Shown here: in pieces, positions 47,877-55,482 of the stretch
How the letters are laid out: the number at the start of each line of letters is the position of its first letter
Numbering within the stretch: the first letter of the stretch is position 1
Assembly (NCBI GenBank): GCA_964469335.1
Contig: CAYXYK010000002.1
Coordinates: forward strand, 125,549 to 189,548
Length of the DNA: 64,000 nucleotides
Direction: 5' to 3'
From: an uncultured Candidatus Saccharibacteria bacterium
GTDB taxonomy: Bacteria > Patescibacteriota > Minisyncoccia > Phycocordibacterales > UBA6899
Notes under the pieces: model-generated
Database searches by the model: none
Told to the model about the DNA's origin: nothing
What the model saw: only the letters and a program-made list of their open reading frames with translations
Position numbers and translations under genes: made by a program

Positions 47877-48674
47877 CTACCCAGCTAATTCGTTTTCTAC
47901 GCCCAACTCTCGTACCGCACCGCGATAACGGCAGTAATCACAGTCGTGACTTGCAAGCGGAACTGTGTCTGCCTCGAGCGTCTTCCTGATGTCGAGCAGG
48001 GTCTGGTCGATCCAGCCGTCATTTCCAGTATATGAGATGACAGTGACATCGAACTCAAGCTTCCCATCGAATGCCTTGCGATCCTTCTGACCATTCGCGT
48101 AGACGAAATAGCCTGTAGACGAAACATTGAATCCCATATGACGTAGAAGCCATTGATAGACTTCCATCTGTCGCTTGTATCCATCTTGCCAGTCCTGATC
48201 GAGTGCGGTGATCTCCTCGTCCTTCGAAGTGGATTTGTAGTCAACGACCATCAATTCATCCTGAGCGTTCACCCAGACGTCATCGATCGCACCTGAGACA
48301 GTGAATCCGGTCGGCTCGTGTTTGACCGCAAGACCCTTGAAGTTCTCTCGCCACACATCGATATCGGGATGGTCGAACGGGATCGCTTCGATGTTGTATT
48401 TTGCCATCAGCGGGTGCGCGGACTTCCCTTTGCGATGGATATCAAACTCTTTCTTGAGAAGATGATCGACAGCAGAGTTGAGATTGAACGGAAAACCAGG
48501 CGGACGAGCGACGCCGAGTTTGTTGTCGATAAAGAAACAGCGCTGACACTCGATGAAAAGATCGATCTTCGAGCGTGACAGTCGCCAATTTGGACCTCCA
48601 TAGTTCCAGTCGGGTTTGCGATTTGGTTTGTAGTAGTTGGTCATGAATTTATTATACCCCCTTAGTTGCATCAT
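47877..48674 (-). CDS. Cas4/AddB-nuclease-like PD-(D/E)XK protein with four Cys (putative Fe-S)
   Basis: VVDYKSTSK...EVYQWLL nuclease motifs. CQRC near the N-terminus and CDYC near the C-terminus. 265 aa. Immediately downstream of the AddA-like gene. Confidence 0.65.
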   Translation of the reverse strand: MMQLRGYNKFMTNYYKPNRKPDWNYGGPNWRLSRSKIDLFIECQRCFFIDNKLGVARPPGFPFNLNSAVDHLLKKEFDIHRKGKSAHPLMAKYNIEAIPFDHPDIDVWRENFKGLAVKHEPTGFTVSGAIDDVWVNAQDELMVVDYKSTSKDEEITALDQDWQDGYKRQMEVYQWLLRHMGFNVSSTGYFVYANGQKDRKAFDGKLEFDVTVISYTGNDGWIDQTLLDIRKTLEADTVPLASHDCDYCRYRGAVRELGVENELAG

Positions 48675-48680
48675 GCATCC

Positions 48681-50534
48681 TCAGTTCGAATTGTCGCGCG
48701 CATCACCTTCGCCGATCTTTTTCACAAACGGGAATTCGTGTCTCTTGTATTGGACGAACAGCAGTACTCCTAATATCAGCAGGAAAGCAAGGAGCATCAG
48801 TATGCTTGATGTGCTGACGCGGCTCACTTCGGCGCCATCGGATTTCGTCGCGGTGATTTGTATCGGAACAGTTGCTTGTCCCGAAGTAATACGATCATTC
48901 GCAGTAGGAACTGTGTCAGTCTTTACAGTTACGGTATCGGATTCCGGGATCATCATCACTGTTTCAGTCGCAATCGCTATCCCACTGATCGTATAGATGT
49001 TGCGATTTGAGAATGACTCTGGGGCGATGAAACGGAACTCTTTTGCGTCGCTACTTCGACCGTCTTGGTCACTCGCTGAGATACGCGCAATGACGAGTTT
49101 GCCAGGCTTCACCGTGATGCGAGCATCATGGCCAATATCCGGCACAGGATTCACTTGCGCATCCACCATCTCTGTATCACCTTCAGTGCGGAAGAATAAT
49201 CTGCTCGTTGCTGCAACATTCGTCGTCCATTTGAGGTAAATCTGCCCGGAGGCATTCTCGGTGGCATACCTGATATCCCCTATGCGAACAGGGTCTGTCG
49301 AGGCGACCGGTCGAGGTGCTGTTGCAAGCAGCATTTCAAGGGTTGGGGGCGGAGCAACTGCGGGTGATTTCGGGGAAGGTGGAGCGATAGGTGTCGTCGT
49401 CGGGCGGACTATTCGTGCCGGAGGCTGATCGATTGTCAACGATGTGGTGGCGCTATTTCTCCCATATGCGGAAAAGCACAGGATACTGAATGTTGCTGTG
49501 AGGGTTGGCATAGTGAAGTAATGCGTACCTCGTATTCCAATGTTGCCATTCTTCCAGTCGCCGGTCGCTTCACAGTAGTCTGCATTCTTTGTGTTCCAAT
49601 TAACTGCAGCAACATTCGCAGATGTCTGTGTGGTTTTCGCTGCGGTGAGCGTGACAGAAGGCAGTAGGCTTTGAGTCGAAGTAGCTGCAATCACGATAGG
49701 AGTGATCGCACTCATGGGATTGAACGGATAGGATAGGTCATCAATAGCACCACTGAGCACTCCGGGAAAGTCGCGATTCTTTGCCGTCCCAACATGATAC
49801 GCAATGTTCGTTCCGAGGTATTCATTGAACCAAGCGAAATTCGAGGTCTCACCTGCCAGCATCAGATCTTTTCCATCCACCATGATGGCGACTTTTCCCA
49901 TCCCTCTCACGATACTGATGTAGTGCCAGACACCTGTACCCAGAGACTCGACAGAAGTTACCTCAGTGAGTGTCGAAGAGTATCCGTTTTTCCAGGAAAC
50001 AACGATCTGTCCGGAAGGATTGATGTGAACTACTTCGTACTTTCCGGACGTATCTCTAACATCAGCCGCAAATACCACCTGATCTTTGCCGATAGCATCC
50101 AGCCGAAGATTGAAATTGAGAGAGGAGAACTTTGTGCTATCCGGAACAATGTATCCGAAAGAATCATCTGAAAGTAATGCTCCTTCTCCTGATAGTCCAC
50201 GAAATACCAGCGCATAACCTCCTCCATTTCGCTCCCACGCAGAGTAGGAGCTGCTGACTGTTCCGGTTGCCGTATATGTAGTCGTGCCGACAATAACTTT
50301 CGCTTCAGTATAAAATCCGCTTCCTTCGTTGAAATTCCACACGACAATTGGATTCGGGTTCTGTGCGAATGCAGTTTGATATGAAAAAATCATGAACAGT
50401 ACCGCTATATACTGTGCAAGTACTCGTCGTAAACACGAAGTAGAACTACTTTGAAACATTGAGTAATTATATATGAGTTCAAGTGAGAGTGCAGCCTCAC
50501 AGTGTGAAGCCGCGACCCTGAGAGGCATCTTCAT
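48681..50534 (-). CDS. large secreted protein with C-terminal TM anchor, hypothetical (possible lectin/jelly-roll domain)
   Basis: 617 aa. Signal peptide VLFMIFSYQTAFA, beta-rich body, P/T-rich linker, C-terminal helix LAFLLILGVLLFV. Confidence 0.55.
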   Translation of the reverse strand: MKMPLRVAASHCEAALSLELIYNYSMFQSSSTSCLRRVLAQYIAVLFMIFSYQTAFAQNPNPIVVWNFNEGSGFYTEAKVIVGTTTYTATGTVSSSYSAWERNGGGYALVFRGLSGEGALLSDDSFGYIVPDSTKFSSLNFNLRLDAIGKDQVVFAADVRDTSGKYEVVHINPSGQIVVSWKNGYSSTLTEVTSVESLGTGVWHYISIVRGMGKVAIMVDGKDLMLAGETSNFAWFNEYLGTNIAYHVGTAKNRDFPGVLSGAIDDLSYPFNPMSAITPIVIAATSTQSLLPSVTLTAAKTTQTSANVAAVNWNTKNADYCEATGDWKNGNIGIRGTHYFTMPTLTATFSILCFSAYGRNSATTSLTIDQPPARIVRPTTTPIAPPSPKSPAVAPPPTLEMLLATAPRPVASTDPVRIGDIRYATENASGQIYLKWTTNVAATSRLFFRTEGDTEMVDAQVNPVPDIGHDARITVKPGKLVIARISASDQDGRSSDAKEFRFIAPESFSNRNIYTISGIAIATETVMMIPESDTVTVKTDTVPTANDRITSGQATVPIQITATKSDGAEVSRVSTSSILMLLAFLLILGVLLFVQYKRHEFPFVKKIGEGDARDNSN

Positions 50535-50545
50535 TTAGGTATTTG

Positions 50546-50618
50546 TGGACCATAGCGGACTCGAACCGCTCACCTCATCCATGCCATGGATGCGCTCTAC
50601 CAGATGAGCTAATGGCCC
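50546..50618 (-). tRNA. tRNA-Ala (anticodon GGC)
   Basis: Manual fold: GGGCCAT acceptor with a G3:U70 pair, D-arm GCTCATCTGGTAGAGC, anticodon loop ATGGCAT, T-arm AGCGG-TTCGAGT-CCGCT. Confidence 0.85.
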
Positions 50619-50819
50619 TGACTGATGCATTATACAAAGAATCGCCCACGAGTCACTAAGTCTTTTGCTTTGCATCACTCGCAAAAGCCCAAGTGCTCTC
50701 GACCCCGACTCGCCGACAAGTACTCACTTCGCTCGTCTTGTGTACCGGCTCCGTCTTTCGATTCTCCCTAGGTCTCACAAAACATAGTCGTTCACCACTC
50801 TGTAGTGAACTCCTTATTT

Positions 50820-50893
50820 TGGTGGACCTAGGGAGAATCGAACTCCCGCCTCTACAATGCGAATGTAGCGTCGTACCACTAGACTATAGGCCC
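50820..50893 (-). tRNA. tRNA-Ala (anticodon CGC), CCA encoded
   Basis: Manual fold: GGGCCTA acceptor with G3:U70, anticodon loop TTCGCAT, T-arm GGGAG-TTCGATT-CTCCC, 3' CCA. Confidence 0.8.
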
Positions 50894-50969
50894 CAGGTAA
50901 TTGCAATGCAGGAATACTATCGGGTAGAAAAATATTAGCGAATTATCGTCCCTCACGCAAACTACAGGA

Positions 50970-50998
50970 TTGACAGAGTATGATTTAGTGAGTACAAT
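50970..50998 (+). promoter_or_regulatory. sigma-70-like promoter TTGACA-17-TACAAT
   Basis: TTGACA at 50970-50975 and TACAAT at 50993-50998. It lies 85 nt upstream of the plus-strand lytic transglycosylase gene. Confidence 0.55.
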
Positions 50999-51083
50999 CG
51001 ATCTCTGTTCTTTGATACACCGTACGATATCTTTCTGAAAACAAGCCAGAAATAACCCGCAATCACAATAAGGAGAAATACGA

Positions 51084-52178
51084 ATGAGATTTCATCGCCT
51101 CGAACGGCAGACCGCTAACCTGGTCCTGCTGATCGTGGTGCTTGGTTCGCTCTTTTTCTGGTGGTACCTCGGTGCCGCGCAGAAAACACAACATGAAGAG
51201 GCTCCGGCCAAAGTGGACACCGCTCGCCAGCCCGCACAGGCTGCAAGCGATATTGTCACGTTGCCGGTCGCAGCGGCACCCGCCGCCGCGACCCTCATTC
51301 CCGTTGTTGCCGTACAAGCACCATCCACGTATTCGTTCACGATCCCGCAAGGTTACACCATGACGCGGATCGAGGAGAAGACGTGCAACCTGATCGACGA
51401 CGTCATTCGTCGCAACCAAGGCAATTCTGCCATCAAGTCTCGCGATATCATCATCGCGGGCGGCGTCATAACGCTACTGAAGGTGGAACCCTGTTCTCCG
51501 GTAATGGCAAAAGCGAAGGCTTTTCCGGAGAACGTTTCGCTGTCACAACGCGGAGCTTCTCGGGACAAGTCTTTACCCGATACCGAGAGCCCAGCTCCCA
51601 AGCGTACGCGCCGTGAAGCCGAACTTGCACGAGACAACTGCTCTGCCGCCGGTTGGGGCCACAAGCGCGGCTCAACTGAACAACTGCATGCGCAGGCAGA
51701 CTGCATCGAAGCAAAGTGGGGTGACGTGATCCGCACCGCTATTCGCGAGGAAACTCCGGATGACGGCACGGTGAGCGACCACTACCTCCGCGTCGTTGCA
51801 GTCATGCTGGTCGAGTCCTCGGGCAATCCGAAGGCGAAATCAACACCGCTCAAGCCCGATCGTGACCCGTGTTACGGTCTGATGCAACTCCAACCGGGGA
51901 CAGCAAAAGCGTTCGGTCTTCCGTTCAAGAGGATCTACGACACGCACCTGAACATCAGGACCGGCATCAAGGTGTTGTTCGCATACACCAAGCAGTTCGA
52001 GGGCAGAGTTGCCCATGGCTTGGTCGCGTACAACGTCGGACCGTACAACGATGCCTGGAAGTACAAGCGCTTCAACGACAACGTCGAGAAGTTCGACTAC
52101 TTCAGGAGCGTCGAGCGTGTGCGGACGATCCTTGCCGCGCGGACTCCGAAGGAGCCGGTTCAGACGGACCCCTCCTAA
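51084..52178 (+). CDS. membrane-anchored lytic transglycosylase (SLT / GH23 domain)
   Basis: N-terminal TM helix, Ala/Pro-rich linker, C-terminal SLT motifs (VESSGNPKAKS, GLMQLQPGTA, AYNVGPYN). AAGGAGA RBS. 364 aa. GC about 58%. Confidence 0.75.
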   Translation: MRFHRLERQTANLVLLIVVLGSLFFWWYLGAAQKTQHEEAPAKVDTARQPAQAASDIVTLPVAAAPAAATLIPVVAVQAPSTYSFTIPQGYTMTRIEEKTCNLIDDVIRRNQGNSAIKSRDIIIAGGVITLLKVEPCSPVMAKAKAFPENVSLSQRGASRDKSLPDTESPAPKRTRREAELARDNCSAAGWGHKRGSTEQLHAQADCIEAKWGDVIRTAIREETPDDGTVSDHYLRVVAVMLVESSGNPKAKSTPLKPDRDPCYGLMQLQPGTAKAFGLPFKRIYDTHLNIRTGIKVLFAYTKQFEGRVAHGLVAYNVGPYNDAWKYKRFNDNVEKFDYFRSVERVRTILAARTPKEPVQTDPS

Positions 52179-52344
52179 CTCTGGACGCAAGTCCGGCACT
52201 CCGCACGTGTTGAGCGTCACATCGCTCCGGTCGGAGTGAAAGACATAGGGTACTTCTCGCTAAGGCCCTGCTTGAGCCGTCGCACCTTTTGTGCGTCAGA
52301 AAGAATATCGTAAGGTTCGTTCCTTCGATAGCTCATAAAGCTGA

Positions 52345-52388
52345 AACGCCCCACGATTGTGAGGGCGTTTTGATTTTTTTTTTATTTT
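52345..52388 (+). terminator. strong Rho-independent terminator (AACGCCC...GGGCGTT followed by a T-run of about 20 nt)
   Basis: Read from the sequence, downstream of the plus-strand SLT gene. Confidence 0.7.
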
Positions 52389-52631
52389 AAAAGCCATTCG
52401 AGTCCTGCAGCAAGTGACAGGGAGTCAATCTCTACGAGAGACAGTATCACTAGACCACCTCTGTCTTTCTCGTCCTGTTGTACAGGAGTCTCGACGCTTA
52501 CAGCGTCAGTACTCCTTGCTGGTTTTGAAGACAAAACACCACCAAGGTCTTCGAGTCCCATAGGGAGTGCCATAAGGCACTCCCTATGGTCCACAACAAA
52601 AAACTCCCTTAGCAGAGAGATTTTATGTTTG
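52389..52631 (-). ncRNA. structured non-coding region downstream of tRNA-Ala(UGC); candidate ncRNA of unknown class
   Basis: About 240 nt without a credible ORF. Perfect 14-bp hairpin at 52558-52589. Second imperfect stem-loop at 52485-52515. Small hairpin at 52474-52486. Class not identifiable by eye. Confidence 0.25.
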
Positions 52632-52704
52632 TGGACCGTACAGGACTCGAACCTGCCACCCCCGCATTGCAAATGCGGTGCTCTACCAGATGAGCTAACG
52701 GCCC
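52632..52704 (-). tRNA. tRNA-Ala (anticodon UGC)
   Basis: Manual fold: GGGCCGT acceptor with G3:U70, anticodon loop TTTGCAA, T-arm GCAGG-TTCGAGT-CCTGT. Confidence 0.85.
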
Positions 52705-52750
52705 AAATTACCAACAAAAGGGATTATACATGAACCAAAAAAACTTTCCA

Positions 52751-53728
52751 CTATTTACCAGACTTTTTTCCCTCTATGGCAAGAGTGATGATATGGTCAA
52801 TGAAATCAGAGAACTCAACCTTACCTGCCTTAAGGGCTTTCGGAAGTAACGAATTCTCTGTGAGACCGGGGAGTGTGTTTATCTCAAGCAGATAAATGTT
52901 GTCTCCGCCGATAATGAAATCACTGCGAGAATAGTGGCGTGCTCCGATCGCATTATGCGCACGGAGTGCTAAGTCCCGCAGTTTTCCATGCGTTGAAAGT
53001 GTGAACCTCCCTGGGCAAATCTCCTCGGTTTCACCGTTATATTTCACGTCATAGTCAAAAAAATCATGGGTAGTAGGGGGGACTATCTCGATCGGATATA
53101 AGACGAATGACTCCCCCGGCACGCTACTGTCGATGACACATACGGTGGCTTCCTTGCCTGGGATGAAATCTTCCACGAGAATATCGCCGTACTGGCTTGC
53201 TTCGACGAGCGCATCACGGAGTTCATTATAAGTACGCACGACTTTGGTAGCGACCGAGGAGCCACCTGAAACAGGTTTTACAATCACTGGCATGTGGCGG
53301 TTTCGAAAAAGATCGAATGCGATCTCGAACATATTTTTCGTTGCGTCGATGACTTCACCGTTCGGAACAAGAAGTCCAGCTTCAATGAAGCGGTCTTTCG
53401 CAAGCTGTTTGTGCATACCGACGGCAGATGCCATCACCCCTGAGCCCGTATAGGGGATATTCAACGCTTCAAAATGCTGTTGGACCTTCCCATCCTCGCC
53501 GAATTTACCGTGCATAGCATTCCAGATCACATCGACATGATTGTTGATCTCAGCTAATTCGGTGCGAACGCCGTTCATGTACCAATCACCTCTTGGAGTG
53601 ACGAGTATGTCTACGGGAATGTATTTCTCAGGATCAAGACTGCGAAGCACACTTTCGCCGGTCTTCAGCGAAATGACATATTCCGAGGACGGACCTCCTC
53701 GTACGACCCCAACTCTCAAGCGCGACAT
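52751..53728 (-). CDS. ddl: D-alanine--D-alanine ligase
   Basis: MSRLRVGVVRGGPSSEYVISL N-terminus, ATP-grasp motifs, 325 aa. Confidence 0.9.
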   Translation of the reverse strand: MSRLRVGVVRGGPSSEYVISLKTGESVLRSLDPEKYIPVDILVTPRGDWYMNGVRTELAEINNHVDVIWNAMHGKFGEDGKVQQHFEALNIPYTGSGVMASAVGMHKQLAKDRFIEAGLLVPNGEVIDATKNMFEIAFDLFRNRHMPVIVKPVSGGSSVATKVVRTYNELRDALVEASQYGDILVEDFIPGKEATVCVIDSSVPGESFVLYPIEIVPPTTHDFFDYDVKYNGETEEICPGRFTLSTHGKLRDLALRAHNAIGARHYSRSDFIIGGDNIYLLEINTLPGLTENSLLPKALKAGKVEFSDFIDHIITLAIEGKKSGK

Positions 53729-53768
53729 GAAGATATTATATCCGCAATCATGCCATGAGGAAAGCTAG

Positions 53769-55016
53769 CTACTTCTTGAGTTTATCTCGTAACTCGCGAT
53801 GATATGCGACGGCAAAGCGATGCGATTCAAGATTCGCGACAAGTATCCCCCGCTTATATGATTCAATCATCTCTTTGTTGCCAAGTACCGCCCTTGCTTT
53901 ATGCTTGTCGTCTTTGACTACGCTCACAATAGGAATCTCAAGCGCTAGTGTTTTAAGCGTCTTTTCGGCCCTACGCTTTTGGGCAGTACCTCCATCAATC
54001 ACAAGAAGATCAGGTTTTTGCCACTCAGGGTGATTGAACCGACGCATGAGTACCTCCTCAAGGTGGAGTGTGTCATCGGATCTATCCGCCTCGATCCGTA
54101 TCTTAAATTTTCTATATTCGCTTTTTTTTGGCTCTCCATCTTCAACGACTACCATGACTCCGACAGTGTATTTCCCTGAAATATGCGCGATATCATAGGC
54201 TTCGATTCGATATGCGCGACCACGCTTCTTTGATGAACGCTGCGAGTATTCCTTAATTTTTTGATCAAGCAACGAAACATCTTTGATATGTTTCAGTGCG
54301 AATATCATCTGCTTGTACTCATTCGCTAGCTCGAATTCCATCTTTTTTGCATGGTCGCTCATTGCCCTCGTGAGCCTCCTTACGACTTCCGACTTCCTGC
54401 CTTCAAAGAATAATTTTATGTTCTTGAGTTGCTCATTATATTCCCTTACCCCCATTTCTCCACTACATGTGCCAGGACACAGGCCGATCTGACGATTGAA
54501 GCATGGCGTCCCTGTCTCTGGTTCACATTTATCCCTGAACGGAAAGATTCTGCGAATAATCTTTAGTGCTTCGATCAAGCTTGAGCCCTGCGGGAAAGGC
54601 CCGAAAGCTTGCTTGTACGCACTTTCTGACTCGCCTACCCCCGAAAGCATGGTTCGCTCGCGAATCACCAATACACGCGGAAATAGCTCTTTGGTGAACA
54701 CGACATAGTTAAAACTCTTATTATCTTTTTCCTTGGTGTTATAGAGGGGCTGGTGCTCTTTAATGAGAGCAGCCTCAAGAATGAGCGCCTCTAGTGCCGA
54801 ATCAGTGGTCGTATGTCGAACTGTGTGGGCTAGGGTGATCATGTCGACGATATGTTTGCCGCGGGTATGGAGAAGGTCATTCGAAAAATAACTGCGCACG
54901 CGATCACGCAATGACGTCGCTTTTCCGATGTAGAGAATGGCTCCTTTCGCGTCAACAAACCGGTACACTCCGGGTTCGTCCGGCAGCTTCAGTTCTTTGA
55001 GTTTGTCATGTGTCAC
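53769..55016 (-). CDS. uvrC: excinuclease ABC subunit C, short form lacking the C-terminal (HhH)2 domain
   Basis: GIY-YIG N-terminus (GVYRFVDAKGAILYIGKATSLRDRV), UvrBC-interaction region, RNase H-like endonuclease domain (LLVIDGGTAQ). Only 415 aa. Confidence 0.8.
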   Translation of the reverse strand: MTHDKLKELKLPDEPGVYRFVDAKGAILYIGKATSLRDRVRSYFSNDLLHTRGKHIVDMITLAHTVRHTTTDSALEALILEAALIKEHQPLYNTKEKDNKSFNYVVFTKELFPRVLVIRERTMLSGVGESESAYKQAFGPFPQGSSLIEALKIIRRIFPFRDKCEPETGTPCFNRQIGLCPGTCSGEMGVREYNEQLKNIKLFFEGRKSEVVRRLTRAMSDHAKKMEFELANEYKQMIFALKHIKDVSLLDQKIKEYSQRSSKKRGRAYRIEAYDIAHISGKYTVGVMVVVEDGEPKKSEYRKFKIRIEADRSDDTLHLEEVLMRRFNHPEWQKPDLLVIDGGTAQKRRAEKTLKTLALEIPIVSVVKDDKHKARAVLGNKEMIESYKRGILVANLESHRFAVAYHRELRDKLKK

Positions 55017-55104
55017 ACGGCAATGATACTACGTTGCAAATATATTGACAAATGTCACAATCATGATTTAATGAAATCCGTTCGTTCAATCAGAAAGGGT
55101 TCAC

Positions 55105-55458
55105 ATGGATTCCAAGGGGTTCATCGGAAATGTCGCGCTGTGTGCGGAAGACGACGGACTGATCGAAAAAGCCGGAAATCTCGTGATCGAAGATGCTTGG
55201 AAGCGACAAGAGTCGCCTCTTGCAACGGCGATGCACGTCTTCGTTCGCATTGCGCAGATGCTCTATTCGGACATCTATCGGATCGTTCCGCTCGAAAGCG
55301 AGAGTACTGACGCTGGCCGTGAGGTCTTCCTTCTCTTTCTCGCGAATGCGCTCATCGCAAGGTACGACCGTTCCGCGATGCCGTGCACGATCGACGGCAT
55401 CAAGGAAGTCGCGAGCGAAGTCTGCGGACGACACGGTTTTTCCATCATCCACGCGTGA
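55105..55458 (+). CDS. hypothetical protein, GC-rich plus-strand island gene
   Basis: 117-aa ORF between the convergent uvrC and uvrA. Weak AAAGGG RBS. It competes with a minus-strand 120-aa ORF of poorer composition. Confidence 0.35.
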   Translation: MDSKGFIGNVALCAEDDGLIEKAGNLVIEDAWKRQESPLATAMHVFVRIAQMLYSDIYRIVPLESESTDAGREVFLLFLANALIARYDRSAMPCTIDGIKEVASEVCGRHGFSIIHA

Positions 55459-55482
55459 CAGGAAGTCACATGAAGCGAGGCA

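Noticed and set aside
52179-52340. RNase P RNA-like 'AAGTCCGG' motif just after the lytic transglycosylase gene stop
   Set aside because: Only about 160 nt separate the stop codon from the terminator, which is far too short for RNase P RNA. No other P4 or P10 to P12 signature is visible.
52382-52717. 111-aa minus-strand ORF
   Set aside because: It overlaps tRNA-Ala(UGC) and the structured non-coding region, and it has no start signals.
55090-55452. 120-aa minus-strand ORF between uvrA and uvrC
   Set aside because: It has no SD and an Arg-rich composition. The plus-strand ORF was preferred, but only weakly; either could be spurious.
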